Of a stretch of DNA of 47,512 bases, positions 9,615 to 20,344 are shown in pieces. The DNA lies in assembly GCA_017610275.1 (NCBI GenBank), contig JAFCCI010000001.1:1-47512 (forward strand). The letters are read 5' to 3'. The notes beneath the pieces were generated by a model. It had not been told where the DNA came from and did not search any database. It worked only from the letters and a program-made list of their open reading frames with translations. This DNA comes from Candidatus Woesearchaeota archaeon (GTDB lineage: Archaea > Nanobdellota > Nanobdellia > Woesearchaeales > CG1-02-33-12). The first letter of the stretch is position 1; every line of letters starts with the position of its first letter. Position numbers and translations under genes: made by a program.

Positions 9615-10217
9615 TTAATCAACAAATATTAAGTCATCTGGCCAGCCTTCTTTGATTTTACCATAAGCCATATTGGTTAATGGCATATAATTATGCAACA
9701 TTATTAGCGGAACATTGAGTGTCAATACATCTGTTTTAATAATAGCATCTTCGCCAAAAACCCTTTTGAATTTTGGAGCTATTTCTGCATTAAATATTTC
9801 AATGATATCAGATATAAGCCTGGATTCAATTGTCATGGCAATTATAGCATGGCCATCTCTTTCACCAAGAGAACATTCAGCTATGTGTTTTAACTCTATT
9901 TTGGTTGGGCTTTCTTTTTTCATTGCCTCAATTATCTGCTTTCTTGTTATTCCTAATTTAAACGTTATTATATACTGCTGTTTTGCTGTGAACACGCTTG
10001 TTCCATGCGGACCATTATTAAGATATGTAAAGTAATAAAGAAGCCCTTTTTTCTCAAGTATTTTTCTTTTTCTGTTTACTGTTTTTACAGGAACACCAGT
10101 GTTTTTGCTTATCTGGTTGTCAGAAATCCTTGGATTTTTTATAAGTTCTTTTATGATAAAGTGCTCTTGCTGGTCAATTTCATCTGTATTAATACTAAAC
10201 CACCCCTTTTGTGTCAC
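9615..10217 (-). CDS. Lrp/AsnC-like wHTH transcriptional regulator
   Basis: IIKELIKNPRISDNQISKNTGVPVKTVNRKRKILEKKG HTH; first gene of leftward glycogen operon. Confidence 0.75.
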   Translation of the reverse strand: MTQKGWFSINTDEIDQQEHFIIKELIKNPRISDNQISKNTGVPVKTVNRKRKILEKKGLLYYFTYLNNGPHGTSVFTAKQQYIITFKLGITRKQIIEAMKKESPTKIELKHIAECSLGERDGHAIIAMTIESRLISDIIEIFNAEIAPKFKRVFGEDAIIKTDVLTLNVPLIMLHNYMPLTNMAYGKIKEGWPDDLIFVD

Positions 10218-10382
10218 ATATCAAATAATACTTATATAAATATGTTTTGTTTTACCTCTTTAAAGGTTAATTTATCAATAAATCACTATTTCTGTTACTA
10301 CATAGTAATCGAGAAGTTATTTATATAATGATTATCTTTAGTTAAATTTAGTTAGATAAAGCTATAAAAAAAGAGGTTTTTG

Positions 10383-11609
10383 ATGAAAGTTTTAATGTTT
10401 GGCTGGGAATTTCCACCATTTAATACAGGGGGCTTAGGGACAGCTTGTTATGGCCTTACAAAAGGACTAAGTAAACAAGGCATTAACATAACATTTGTAA
10501 TCCCCACAGCGCCAAGATTAATTAAATCAGATTTTGTTGATATGATAATTGCGTTTTCAACAAGTTTTGTTAATATCAAAACAGTAGATTCATTATTGGT
10601 CCCTTACATATCATCAGAGGGATATGAAACTATGCATAAAAAAAGATGTATGAATTCAGATAAGAACTTTAACAGGGTTTATGGCCAAAACTTATTTGAA
10701 GAAGTGCATAGATATGCCCTAAAGGCAAGAGAAATAGCAATAAATGAGACTTTTGACTTGATACATTGCCATGACTGGATGACTTATTTGGCAGGAATTG
10801 AAGCAAAAAAAGTCTCAAAAAAACCTCTGGTTGTGCATGTTCATGCAACAGAATTTGATCGCACAGGCGGCCATCCAAACCAGGCTGTTTATGACATTGA
10901 AAGAATGGGAATGCATGCTGCAGACTTGATTATAGCAGTATCTAACTTTACAAAAAATAAAATATTAAAGCATTACGGAATAAGCCCTGGAAAGGTATTT
11001 GTTGTTCATAATGCTGTTGAATTTACAAACTTCCCTGACAGCGAAGATTTTAAGATAAAAAGCCATGATAAGATAGTTTTATTCCTTGGAAGGATAACCA
11101 TACAAAAAGGCCCTGATTATTTCCTTGATGCTGCTAAAAAAGTGCTTGAAAAAGAAAAAAATGTTAAGTTTATTGTTGCAGGCTCAGGTGATATGGAAAT
11201 AGATATGATTGAGAGAGCAGCCAAACTAGGAATAGCAAAGCATATCTTATTTACAGGCTTTTTGCGTGGTAATGATATTGACAGGGCATACAGAATGGCA
11301 GACTTGTATGTTATGCCCTCTGTTTCAGAGCCATTTGGAATAACACCTTTGGAGGCAATGAGAAATGGAACTCCTGTTCTTATATCAAAGCAGTCAGGTG
11401 TTTCAGAGGTTATAAAGAACTGCCTTAAGGTTGATTTTTGGGATATAGATGAGATGGCCAGCAAAATAATCGCAGTACTTAAATATAATGCATTGCATTA
11501 CTGTTTGAAAGAGCATGGATTAATAGAAATAAAAAAATTCAGCTGGAATGACAGCGCAAAAAAATGCATTAATGTTTATGAAAGAGCATTAAATAAAGGA
11601 GGTAATTAA
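10383..11609 (+). CDS. GT4 glycosyltransferase (alpha-glucan synthesis)
   Basis: FGWEFPP..GGLG, HCHDW, HVHATE, PSVSEPFGITPLEA; GAGGT SD before ATG 10383. Confidence 0.92.
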   Translation: MKVLMFGWEFPPFNTGGLGTACYGLTKGLSKQGINITFVIPTAPRLIKSDFVDMIIAFSTSFVNIKTVDSLLVPYISSEGYETMHKKRCMNSDKNFNRVYGQNLFEEVHRYALKAREIAINETFDLIHCHDWMTYLAGIEAKKVSKKPLVVHVHATEFDRTGGHPNQAVYDIERMGMHAADLIIAVSNFTKNKILKHYGISPGKVFVVHNAVEFTNFPDSEDFKIKSHDKIVLFLGRITIQKGPDYFLDAAKKVLEKEKNVKFIVAGSGDMEIDMIERAAKLGIAKHILFTGFLRGNDIDRAYRMADLYVMPSVSEPFGITPLEAMRNGTPVLISKQSGVSEVIKNCLKVDFWDIDEMASKIIAVLKYNALHYCLKEHGLIEIKKFSWNDSAKKCINVYERALNKGGN

Positions 11610-11610
11610 A

Positions 11611-12360
11611 ATGAATCTAAAAAATAAGGTTGCTATTATAACAGGCTCAAGAAGGGGGATTGGAAAGGCAATAGCACTTACATTGGCAAGAGCAGGAGCT
11701 AATGTTGTTGTTAGTGACATAAACCTTGATGATTGCAATAAAGTAGTGGAAGAGATTAAAGCTATTGGCGGAAATGCTTTGGCTGTTAAGGCAGATGTTT
11801 CAAATCCTGAAGATGTTAGCCAGATGATAAATTTAACAACAGAAAAGTTTGGCAAGATTGACATACTTGTTAATAACGCAGGAATATATATGCAAAAATC
11901 ATTAAAAGAAATTACAGAGAAAGATTTTGACAAAATTTTGGATATAAACCTTAAGGGAGTTTTTCTCTGCTCAAAAGCTGTTGTTCCAGAGATGATAAAA
12001 CAGGGAAAAGGCAAAATCGTTAATATAACATCTATTGCGGGCCAGGTAGGCTTTGCAAATTCCAGTGCCTACTGTGCTTCAAAAGGGGCAATAATAAACA
12101 TAACAAGAGAGCTTTCTTTAGAGCTAGGACAATATAAAATAAATGTTAATGCAATAGGCCCAGGCGTAATAGAAACAGCTATGACAAAGGATTTATTGAA
12201 AGATAAAGCAACAAAAGAAGCAATGCTTGCTAATATTCCTTTAAGCAGGATAGGAAAGCCAGAGGACATAGCAAATGCAGCCTTATTCCTTTCTTCAGAT
12301 AACTCAGATTATATAACGGGCATTACATTATTTGTTGATGGGGGTTGGCTTGCACATTAA
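11611..12360 (+). CDS. classical SDR oxidoreductase (FabG/glucose dehydrogenase-like)
   Basis: TGSRRGIG, NNAG, YCASK, GPG motifs. Confidence 0.92.
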   Translation: MNLKNKVAIITGSRRGIGKAIALTLARAGANVVVSDINLDDCNKVVEEIKAIGGNALAVKADVSNPEDVSQMINLTTEKFGKIDILVNNAGIYMQKSLKEITEKDFDKILDINLKGVFLCSKAVVPEMIKQGKGKIVNITSIAGQVGFANSSAYCASKGAIINITRELSLELGQYKINVNAIGPGVIETAMTKDLLKDKATKEAMLANIPLSRIGKPEDIANAALFLSSDNSDYITGITLFVDGGWLAH

Positions 12361-12369
12361 AGATTAAAA

Positions 12370-13578
12370 ATGGTATCAATTTGTTTTTATTTTCAGGTTC
12401 ACCAGCCTTACAGGCTGAGGAACTACAATGTATTTGAGATTGGAAAGAATCATAGTTATACTAATAAGAAGAAGAATTTGGATATACTAAAAAAAGTTGC
12501 AGAAAAGTGCTATCTTCCAACCAATAAACTAATGCTTGATCTGCTTAATAAGCATGAAGAATTTAAGATAAGCTATTCATTTTCTGGTATTATCCTAGAG
12601 CAATTTGAGGAATTTATGCCTTCTGTTCTGCAATCATTCAGGGATCTGGCTGATACAGGAAAGGTTGAGATACTTGATGAGACATACTATCACTCACTTT
12701 CGTTCCTGCATTCAAAACAGGAATTTAAGGAGCAGGTTATTTTGCATAACAAAAAAATAAGGAGTTTGTTTAAGCAAAGTCCGTCTGTTTTCAGGAATAC
12801 AGAGCTTGTCTATAATAATGAGCTTGCAAATTTTATCGAATCAATGGGTTACAAGGGAATACTTGCAGAGGGAGCAGACCATATACTTGGCTGGAGATCT
12901 CCCAACTTTATTTACACTCCAAAAACAACATCAAAGATTAAACTTTTGCTTAAAAATTACAAGCTTTCTGATGATATTGCATTCAGGTTTTCAGATAAGG
13001 GTTGGAAGGAATGGCCCCTAACAGTTGATAAATACACTAATTGGGTTAATGCTGTTAATGGAAATGGCAATCTAGTTAATTTATTTATGGATTATGAGAC
13101 CTTTGGAGAGCACCAATGGGCAGATACGGGAATATTTGATTTTTTAAGACATCTGCCTCAGGAGCTATTGAAGCATCCTGACAATGATTTTAAGACACCC
13201 AGTGAGGCAATAAAAACATATAATCCTGTTTCAGAACTGGATATTCACAGTCCTGTTTCATGGGCAGATGTTGAAAGAGATACAAGTGCATGGGATGGAA
13301 ATAATATGCAGAAGTCAGCAATAAATGAGATATACCAGATTGAAGATGCTATAAAAAAATCAAGGGATAAAAAGCTTATTAATGACTGGAGAAAACTTCA
13401 GACAAGCGACCATTTTTACTATATGTGTACAAAGTGGTTTAATGATGGTGATGTGCATAAGTACTTCAATCCTTATGATAACCCTTATGATGCATTTATA
13501 ACCTATATGAACATATTAAATGATGTTAACTTCAGGCTAAAAGAACACAATATTTTAAAAAAAGAGGTGGTAGTATGA
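12370..13578 (+). CDS. GH57 alpha-amylase
   Basis: QVHQP, ETYYHSL, FRNTEL, MDYETFGEH, LQTSDHFYYM. Confidence 0.93.
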   Translation: MVSICFYFQVHQPYRLRNYNVFEIGKNHSYTNKKKNLDILKKVAEKCYLPTNKLMLDLLNKHEEFKISYSFSGIILEQFEEFMPSVLQSFRDLADTGKVEILDETYYHSLSFLHSKQEFKEQVILHNKKIRSLFKQSPSVFRNTELVYNNELANFIESMGYKGILAEGADHILGWRSPNFIYTPKTTSKIKLLLKNYKLSDDIAFRFSDKGWKEWPLTVDKYTNWVNAVNGNGNLVNLFMDYETFGEHQWADTGIFDFLRHLPQELLKHPDNDFKTPSEAIKTYNPVSELDIHSPVSWADVERDTSAWDGNNMQKSAINEIYQIEDAIKKSRDKKLINDWRKLQTSDHFYYMCTKWFNDGDVHKYFNPYDNPYDAFITYMNILNDVNFRLKEHNILKKEVVV

Positions 13579-13886
13579 AAACAAAAAAAAGAGTTAAAAA
13601 GAAAAAAACAGAGAAAAAAGATATATTGAAAAATGCCAACGCAGACCATTATTTTTTTGTTAATGATGGGACAGTTTTGAGGAATGTACTGGATTTATCT
13701 AAACAGCTTGATAAAATGGCTGATGAAGTATTTGAGCATCATGTCAATGGGATGAGAAATGATTTCAGCAATTGGATTAAATATGTCTTTAAAGAGGAAA
13801 AGCTTGCAGAAGAGCTTTTGAAAACAACTAACAAGGACAAGACACAGATAATCCTCTTAAAGTATGTAATAGGTAAATTCAAATAG
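13575..13886 (+). CDS. small conserved protein (DUF5752-like, from recall) with basic N-terminus
   Basis: FEHHV...RNDFSNW motif; overlaps amylase stop. Confidence 0.75.
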   Translation: MKTKKRVKKKKTEKKDILKNANADHYFFVNDGTVLRNVLDLSKQLDKMADEVFEHHVNGMRNDFSNWIKYVFKEEKLAEELLKTTNKDKTQIILLKYVIGKFK

Positions 13887-13889
13887 GGA

Positions 13890-14321
13890 GTGATAAAAAT
13901 AACAAACAAAATTTTGTTTCCAAAAGATACAGACACAATACTAATGGATGTTGTTCCAAAACATGAATTTAATATTTATATGGGGCCATCTATAAAAAAT
14001 CTGCAGGAACTTGCTGATGCCTTGGAAATAATGGATGAAGATATATTTGAGCATCATGTGACAAAAGATAGAAATGATTTCAGCAATTGGGTAAACAATA
14101 TTATTTGTGATACTGAACTAAGCAAGGAATTATTGAATGCAAAAACCAAGGAAAAGACATTTGAGGCAGTCAGCCAGAGAGTTAAACAGCTTAAGAAACT
14201 AAAAATAAATAACTTGATAAAAGAGAATCTGCCGCCTTTTAACAATGAGTTTCTCATTGGACTTGTTTTAGGCTTAGTGCTTGGCTTTTTGATTTCAGCA
14301 ATAATAAACAGATTAATTTAA
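13890..14321 (+). CDS. paralog of the preceding protein with C-terminal TM anchor
   Basis: FEHHVTKDRNDFSNW; hydrophobic C-terminus FLIGLVLGLVLGFLISAII. Confidence 0.75.
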   Translation: MIKITNKILFPKDTDTILMDVVPKHEFNIYMGPSIKNLQELADALEIMDEDIFEHHVTKDRNDFSNWVNNIICDTELSKELLNAKTKEKTFEAVSQRVKQLKKLKINNLIKENLPPFNNEFLIGLVLGLVLGFLISAIINRLI

Positions 14322-14331
14322 TTTTTAGAAA

Positions 14332-15693
14332 TTATTTAAGCTTCATACCTTGCATACCCTTACCGCTGAACTTTTTCATCATCCTTTCCATGCTCTTTGG
14401 GCTGCCACCCTTAAAGAGCTTTGCCATTTTTTTGCTCTGGCGATATTGTTTTAGAAGTTCTCTTATTTCTTTTGTAGATGTTCCTGAGCCCTTTGCAATC
14501 CTGTCAATTCTTGTAATGCTTATGATGTCCGGGTCTTCAAGCTCATCCTTTGACATTGAGTCCATAATAAAGCGCCATTTTTTCAGCTTTCCTTCCTGAA
14601 CTTTCAACAAATCCTTTGGCATTTTTAACTGAGAAAATCCTGGAATCATTTCTGTTATCTTGTTTAAAGGCCCCATCTTGTTCATTGCCTGCATCTGCTC
14701 ATATAAATCAATTAAGTTAAACTCTCCCTTGAGAAACCTTTTTCCTAAATCCTCTGCATCTTCTTTGGATATTGCTTCTTCTGCTTTCTCTAATAATGCT
14801 TCAAGATCACCCATACCTAAAAGCCTGGAGATAAATCCCTCTGGCCTGAAAATCTCCAAATCACCTAATTTTTCACCAACACCAATGAACTTTATTTTGG
14901 TATCTGTTGCAGCGCATGCTGTTAAAGCACCCCCTGCCTTAGCAGTGCCGTCCATCTTTGTTACAATCACACCAGTTATCCTGCATGATTCATGGAAAGC
15001 CTGCGCCTGTTTTTGGGCTGCCTGGCCAATGTCAGCACTTATTACCAGGATATTTTCCTCTGGTTTTACAGTATTGTTTATTTTTTTTATTTCTTCAATC
15101 AGATCTTCTGAAAGCGCATCTCTTCCAGAGGTGTCTATGATAATTATGTTATATTTGCTGAATTCTTTTTCAAACTTTTTCAATATCTTTAATGGATTTT
15201 TTTCTTTTTTGTCAAGAAAAACAGGAACCTTTGCCTTTTTAGCTATCTGCTCTATCTGCTCCATTGCAGCAGGTCTGTGGGTATCAAGTCCGATTAATGC
15301 AACTTTATAGCCTCTTTTTGTATAGAATTTAGCGAGCTTTCCTGCCTGGGTTGTTTTTCCAGAGCCAAACAAGCCAACAAGCATTATCTTTGTTGGTTTC
15401 TTTTTTATTTCTATCTTACCCTCTTCTTTTCCGACAAAATTAACCAATTCCTCGTAAACAACTTTTACAAGGTATTCTTTTTTTGTGAGGCCAGCAGGGG
15501 TTTCTTCTTTTAAGGCCCTTTCTTTTATTTTATTGCTTAATTCAAAGACTAACTTAACATTAACATCTGCCTGCAATAAAGCACGCTGAATGTCCTTAAC
15601 AAGCTCATTAATGAGTTTTTCGTCAACAAATATTGCTTTCGCTATTTTGGTTAATGTATTTTTTATTGAGCTTCCAAGCTTCTCAAGCACCAT
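14332..15693 (-). CDS. srp54: signal recognition particle protein SRP54
   Basis: ALLQADV, GLFGSGKTT, DTSGR, TKMDGTAKAGGA, M domain RIAKGSG. Confidence 0.97.
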   Translation of the reverse strand: MVLEKLGSSIKNTLTKIAKAIFVDEKLINELVKDIQRALLQADVNVKLVFELSNKIKERALKEETPAGLTKKEYLVKVVYEELVNFVGKEEGKIEIKKKPTKIMLVGLFGSGKTTQAGKLAKFYTKRGYKVALIGLDTHRPAAMEQIEQIAKKAKVPVFLDKKEKNPLKILKKFEKEFSKYNIIIIDTSGRDALSEDLIEEIKKINNTVKPEENILVISADIGQAAQKQAQAFHESCRITGVIVTKMDGTAKAGGALTACAATDTKIKFIGVGEKLGDLEIFRPEGFISRLLGMGDLEALLEKAEEAISKEDAEDLGKRFLKGEFNLIDLYEQMQAMNKMGPLNKITEMIPGFSQLKMPKDLLKVQEGKLKKWRFIMDSMSKDELEDPDIISITRIDRIAKGSGTSTKEIRELLKQYRQSKKMAKLFKGGSPKSMERMMKKFSGKGMQGMKLK

Positions 15694-15774
15694 TTTACAT
15701 CTGAAAACAGGTTTTCATTTATAAACCTTTAGAAAAAGCATAAGATTTAATCTCTTGAATAAAAGAAAATATGG

Positions 15775-16113
15775 TTATTTACTAGAAGGCCTATATGACT
15801 CTTTAACAACCTTTGACTTATAATTTGATTTATAATTTGATAATATCTCTACCCAATGGAATTCATCAATATCAAAGAAACCATATTCTCCAGAATTAAT
15901 CATTTCATCAAAACTTTCATCAGATGGTGATTGAGCTCCGTTATCTTTTGGTAAAGACTTTCTGAATGCTCCAATATGACTTAATTCTTCAGCAACAGTA
16001 AGAGGATATGCTCCTGTATTTTCTAATTTTGTCATGATTTTATTAGCATAACAGCCACCAGGACCATTTGAATCAGAATACTCTTTTCTAGCTTTCTTGT
16101 AAATATTTTTCAT
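15775..16113 (-). CDS. hypothetical protein
   Basis: 112-aa ORF filling the gap between thrS and srp54; TATA-like TTTATAAA upstream; no motif recognised. Confidence 0.55.
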   Translation of the reverse strand: MKNIYKKARKEYSDSNGPGGCYANKIMTKLENTGAYPLTVAEELSHIGAFRKSLPKDNGAQSPSDESFDEMINSGEYGFFDIDEFHWVEILSNYKSNYKSKVVKESYRPSSK

Positions 16114-16191
16114 TTTTACTTTTGTACTATTGTAACTAGTTAGTTACAATTTCTTTATAAATCTTTTGTTTTATTTAAAGAAAAAGAAAAA

Positions 16192-18102
16192 TTAAAACTT
16201 AATCTCACTTGATTTACTTTCAATAATCTCCTGCACCTTTTTGATTAAGTCTTTTGGTTTTATATTAAAATAAACCTTCCCGTCAAGTGTTCTTACTGCC
16301 ACTGTGTTGCTTTTTTGCTCTTTGTCGCCAACTGTCAGGATTAATGGGATTTTTTTTAGCTGGGCTTCCCTTACTTTTTTTGGCATTGTTTCTGCCCTAA
16401 AATCAGTCTCAATTCTTAGATTGTTTTCAGCTAATTTTTTCTTTAGCTCTTCGCCGTATTTAATATGGTTGTCATTTATGTTTAAGATAATTGCCTGTAC
16501 AGGTGAGAGCCATAACGGAAATTTCCCGGCATAATGTTCTATAAGTATGCCTAAAAATCTTTCTATTGAGCCGTATATAACACGGTGAATCATAATAGGC
16601 CTATGTTTTTTTCCATCCTTTCCCTCATATGTAAGGTCAAACTTTTCAGGCATTGCAAAATCAAGCTGTATTGTTCCGCACTGCCATGTTCTTCCAATAC
16701 AATCCTTAAGGTGGAAATCTATTTTTGGGCCATAAAAAGCCCCATCTCCCTCATTAATCTTGTATTTTATTTTTTTAGCATCCAAGGCAGATTTTAAGCC
16801 AGCAGTTGCTTTTTCCCATGCTTCATCAGAGCCCATTGCATTGTCTGGCTTTGTGCTTAACTCAACCTTATAACTAAATCCAAAAGTTTTGTAAAACTTA
16901 TCTGTCAGGTTAAGTACTCCAATAATCTCGTCTTTTATCTGTTCTTCTGTCATGAATATATGCGCATCATCCTGTGTAAAGCATCTTACTCTGAATAATC
17001 CTGCTAAAACACCTGAAAGTTCGTGCCTGTGAACAGTTCCCATCTCACCCATTCTCATTGGAAGCTCTCTATAGGATCTTAGTTTTGTTTTGTAGATTAA
17101 CATTCCTCCAGGGCAGTTCATTGGTTTTATTGCATAATCCTGGTCATCTATCTTGGTGAAGTACATGTTTTCCTTGTAATGATCCCAGTGGCCGCTCTGC
17201 TCCCAGAGTTTTCTGTTTAGTATCATTGGTGTTATAACTTCTGTATAGCCTGCTTTTACATGCTCTTTTCTCCAGAAATCTTTTAAAATATTTACTATAA
17301 CAGTTCCTTTAGGATGAAAGAATGGAAAACCAGGGCCTTCATCATGCATGCTAAACAAATCAAGTTCTTTTCCAAGCTTTCTGTGGTCCCTTTTTTCCGC
17401 TTCTTCTAACAAAGTGAGGTATTCATTTAACTGCTTTTTGTCTGGAAATGAAATTCCATAAACTCTCTGCAATTGCTTGTTTTTTGCATCGCCACGCCAG
17501 TAAGCTCCTGCAAGCTTTGTCAATTTGAACGCCTTTAATTTTCCTGTTGATGGAACATGGGGTCCGCGGCAGAAATCTACAAAAGTTCCCTGTTTGTAAA
17601 TGCTTATTTTCTCATCTTCTAGCTCATTAATCATCTCTGTTTTGTAGGGATTCTCCTTGAAAAACTCTAATACCTCTTTTTTTGTCAACTTACTTCTTTC
17701 AATCTTTAAGTTTTCCCTGACTATTTTATCCATTTCTTTTTCAATTTTTACAAGATCTTCTGGTGTCAGTTTTTTGTCTAAGTCAATATCATAGTAAAAG
17801 CCTTCATCTACTGCTGGTCCGATGGCAAACTTAACATCAGGATAAAGGTTTTTTATTGCCTGGGCCATCAAGTGTGAACTAGAATGCCTGAAAACTAGTT
17901 TGCCCTCATCATCCTTAAATGTGATTATCCTTAGATTTGAGTCCTTGTTTATTTTTGTGCTGAGATCCACAAGTTCATTGTTAAGCTTTGCTGCAATTGC
18001 ATCATCTGCAAGCTTTTCTCCTATATCTTTTGCTACTTCTATTACCCTTATTCCTTTTTCATATTCTTTTTTTGAACCATCTGGAAATTTTATTTTTATC
18101 AT
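16192..18102 (-). CDS. thrS: threonine--tRNA ligase, bacterial-type (TGS + editing domain)
   Basis: RHSSSH, DFCRGPH, GAYWRG, RDHRKLG, KPMNCP, FTQDDAH, AFYGPKID. Confidence 0.98.
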   Translation of the reverse strand: MIKIKFPDGSKKEYEKGIRVIEVAKDIGEKLADDAIAAKLNNELVDLSTKINKDSNLRIITFKDDEGKLVFRHSSSHLMAQAIKNLYPDVKFAIGPAVDEGFYYDIDLDKKLTPEDLVKIEKEMDKIVRENLKIERSKLTKKEVLEFFKENPYKTEMINELEDEKISIYKQGTFVDFCRGPHVPSTGKLKAFKLTKLAGAYWRGDAKNKQLQRVYGISFPDKKQLNEYLTLLEEAEKRDHRKLGKELDLFSMHDEGPGFPFFHPKGTVIVNILKDFWRKEHVKAGYTEVITPMILNRKLWEQSGHWDHYKENMYFTKIDDQDYAIKPMNCPGGMLIYKTKLRSYRELPMRMGEMGTVHRHELSGVLAGLFRVRCFTQDDAHIFMTEEQIKDEIIGVLNLTDKFYKTFGFSYKVELSTKPDNAMGSDEAWEKATAGLKSALDAKKIKYKINEGDGAFYGPKIDFHLKDCIGRTWQCGTIQLDFAMPEKFDLTYEGKDGKKHRPIMIHRVIYGSIERFLGILIEHYAGKFPLWLSPVQAIILNINDNHIKYGEELKKKLAENNLRIETDFRAETMPKKVREAQLKKIPLILTVGDKEQKSNTVAVRTLDGKVYFNIKPKDLIKKVQEIIESKSSEIKF

Positions 18103-18393
18103 TTTAATTATCCTCCATAATCATTATTTATTTAATATTCCTTAATAAAAACATAAAACAATAAAATAGTATTTAAGCTTTGTTGTTAAGAATGAAAATT
18201 TACTGGCATGTTGTTAATAAGAAGATATCTAGAAAGAACTCATTCATATTTCCACATAACTTTAATTCTTTCATCTTAACCCTATACTTTTAATAAACTA
18301 TTTAAAGATTTCGTTTTAAATTTTTAATTATCGAAAATTCTCAAACAAAAGATTTAAAAACAATCTTAATAAAACTATTTCTGAGGTTTTAAA

Positions 18394-19464
18394 GTGGATT
18401 CAAGGGTTTGCATTGATTGGCTTGGAAAAAAGAGATTGTTAGACACCTGCAAAACTTATTCTGTTTATCTTAAGGGAGTTTTCAAAGACTGCCTTAAAGC
18501 AAAGAATGAAAGCATATTAATAATAGGTGATACTGGTTATGATAGAAAGCGTGTAGCAGCTATGCTTGCAGGCTCCTATTATTTTGCAGCAAAAAAGCTT
18601 GGATTACACCCAAGACTTTTTTTCCAGATGCCAAAGTTAAGAGGAGATATTGCAGATAAGAGCATTGTTGATGCAATTAATTATCTTGGTGAGAAAAGTA
18701 TTATTATCCTTGCTCTGTCTAACAGGCTTGGCTCATTAAGAGGAATTACAAAAAGCTATAGGCGCATGTGCAAACAGAGAAATATGAGATTTGCAACAAC
18801 ACCAAGCTTAGGATATATAGAAACAAGAAATTTTAAGGATTTGATAAGAACTATCAACATAGACTATCCAGAAATACAAAGAAAGCACAAATCACTTAAA
18901 TCAATTATTGAAAAGGGAACAGATTTGCATGTAAGGACAAAAGCTGGAACAGACCTGCATATGAAAATTGACATTGCAAATATTAAATCTGCAGACGGCA
19001 ATTATACAAAGCCAGGATCTGGAGGCAACCTTCCTGCTGGAGAGGTCTATTTCCCGCCAAAGAAGAAATCAGTTAATGGAAAGGTTGTTATTGATGGAAG
19101 CTCAAGAAATAGATATAATACCACTATAATAAAAAATCCAATAACTCTCATTATAAAGAATGGGGACCTTATTGATATTCAGGGAAAAGAGGAAGCAAGA
19201 ATTTTAGAACAAACCCTTTTATGGGCAGAAAGAAATTCCAAATACCCTTGGGGAATAAGAAAAGTCTGCGAGTTTGGAATTGGTTTAAATCCAAAAGCAA
19301 AAATAGTTGGTTCAACAATTATTGACGAGAAAGCTCTTGGAACAGCCCATGTTGCTTTTGGCTCAAACAACTGGTTTGGCGGCTCAATATTTGCAATGAC
19401 TCACCTTGATCAGGTTTTTAGAAATCCAAAAATAACAGTTGATGGGAGACTATTGAATATTTAG
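18394..19464 (+). CDS. M29-like (leucyl) aminopeptidase
   Basis: GTDL, GNLPAGEV, EFGIGLNP, DEK, HVAFG, HLD. Confidence 0.8.
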   Translation: MDSRVCIDWLGKKRLLDTCKTYSVYLKGVFKDCLKAKNESILIIGDTGYDRKRVAAMLAGSYYFAAKKLGLHPRLFFQMPKLRGDIADKSIVDAINYLGEKSIIILALSNRLGSLRGITKSYRRMCKQRNMRFATTPSLGYIETRNFKDLIRTINIDYPEIQRKHKSLKSIIEKGTDLHVRTKAGTDLHMKIDIANIKSADGNYTKPGSGGNLPAGEVYFPPKKKSVNGKVVIDGSSRNRYNTTIIKNPITLIIKNGDLIDIQGKEEARILEQTLLWAERNSKYPWGIRKVCEFGIGLNPKAKIVGSTIIDEKALGTAHVAFGSNNWFGGSIFAMTHLDQVFRNPKITVDGRLLNI

Positions 19465-20243
19465 TTATTTTCATAATCATTTGTCTTGTAATCATCAGCC
19501 CTAAACTCCTTTAGTCCACCTTCTTGCGCTTCTTTCTTCATTAATTCATTATAAAGCCTCATTAACTGCTCTTTTGTTTTAATCTTTTTTGCATCAATCT
19601 TCAGATTTTCTGCTACCTGGCCTTTAATATTTTCAAAGTTTTTGTCATCAATATTAGGGAACATATAGCCACCTAATCTTGCCTCTAAGCCCCGTCCTGT
19701 CTTTTCACTTACTTCTTTTAAAGCTTCCGGGGTAAGTGCAGCAAGTCTGTTTTTATCTTCCATATCAGTTCCTGTTTGCATATAATGCATCTCTTCAAGG
19801 GCAGGCTTTCCATAAGTATCATTGCCAGCACCTTTTAGACCCAAAAAATCAAGATACACATCTTTCTTTGTTTCATATATCTTCTCAACAATTTTTCCCC
19901 TGTCTTTTTCCTTTAGCTCGCTTGGTTTTTTGCCACTCTCTTCAATCCCTTTAACATAACCCTGAGATGTGGCAAAATCATAGTTTTGGTGAAATTTGTA
20001 AATTTCTTCACCTCTTTTCTTTAATGTTTCTACATCAACTACTTTTTCCTCTACTCCACCTATCAATATAATCCCTGCTATCCAGACTAAGAAAAATCCA
20101 AAAAGAGCGTTTGATGTTGAATCCAATACTCCGCTCTGAACTCCAACTACAGCCCCGGTTATGTTTGTTTCTGGGCCCATTATAAAGAATAAACCTAATA
20201 TAATAAGAACAAAACTTGCTATCAACACTCTTTTTTGTTTCAT
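19461..20243 (-). CDS. membrane-anchored hypothetical protein
   Basis: Two N-terminal hydrophobic helices flanking ITGAVVG, then charged domain. Confidence 0.7.
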   Translation of the reverse strand: MKQKRVLIASFVLIILGLFFIMGPETNITGAVVGVQSGVLDSTSNALFGFFLVWIAGIILIGGVEEKVVDVETLKKRGEEIYKFHQNYDFATSQGYVKGIEESGKKPSELKEKDRGKIVEKIYETKKDVYLDFLGLKGAGNDTYGKPALEEMHYMQTGTDMEDKNRLAALTPEALKEVSEKTGRGLEARLGGYMFPNIDDKNFENIKGQVAENLKIDAKKIKTKEQLMRLYNELMKKEAQEGGLKEFRADDYKTNDYENN

Positions 20244-20344
20244 TAATTAAATAACTTATTCAGTTATATATAAATATTTCTAAATTTAAAAAAAAAGAAT
20301 TAAAAATAAATAAAATAAAAAATTAAATTATTGGGTTGTTGATT

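Noticed and set aside
14660..15310. 216-aa + strand ORF and similar shadow ORFs
   Set aside because: Antisense to conserved genes (here srp54) with no recognisable motifs.
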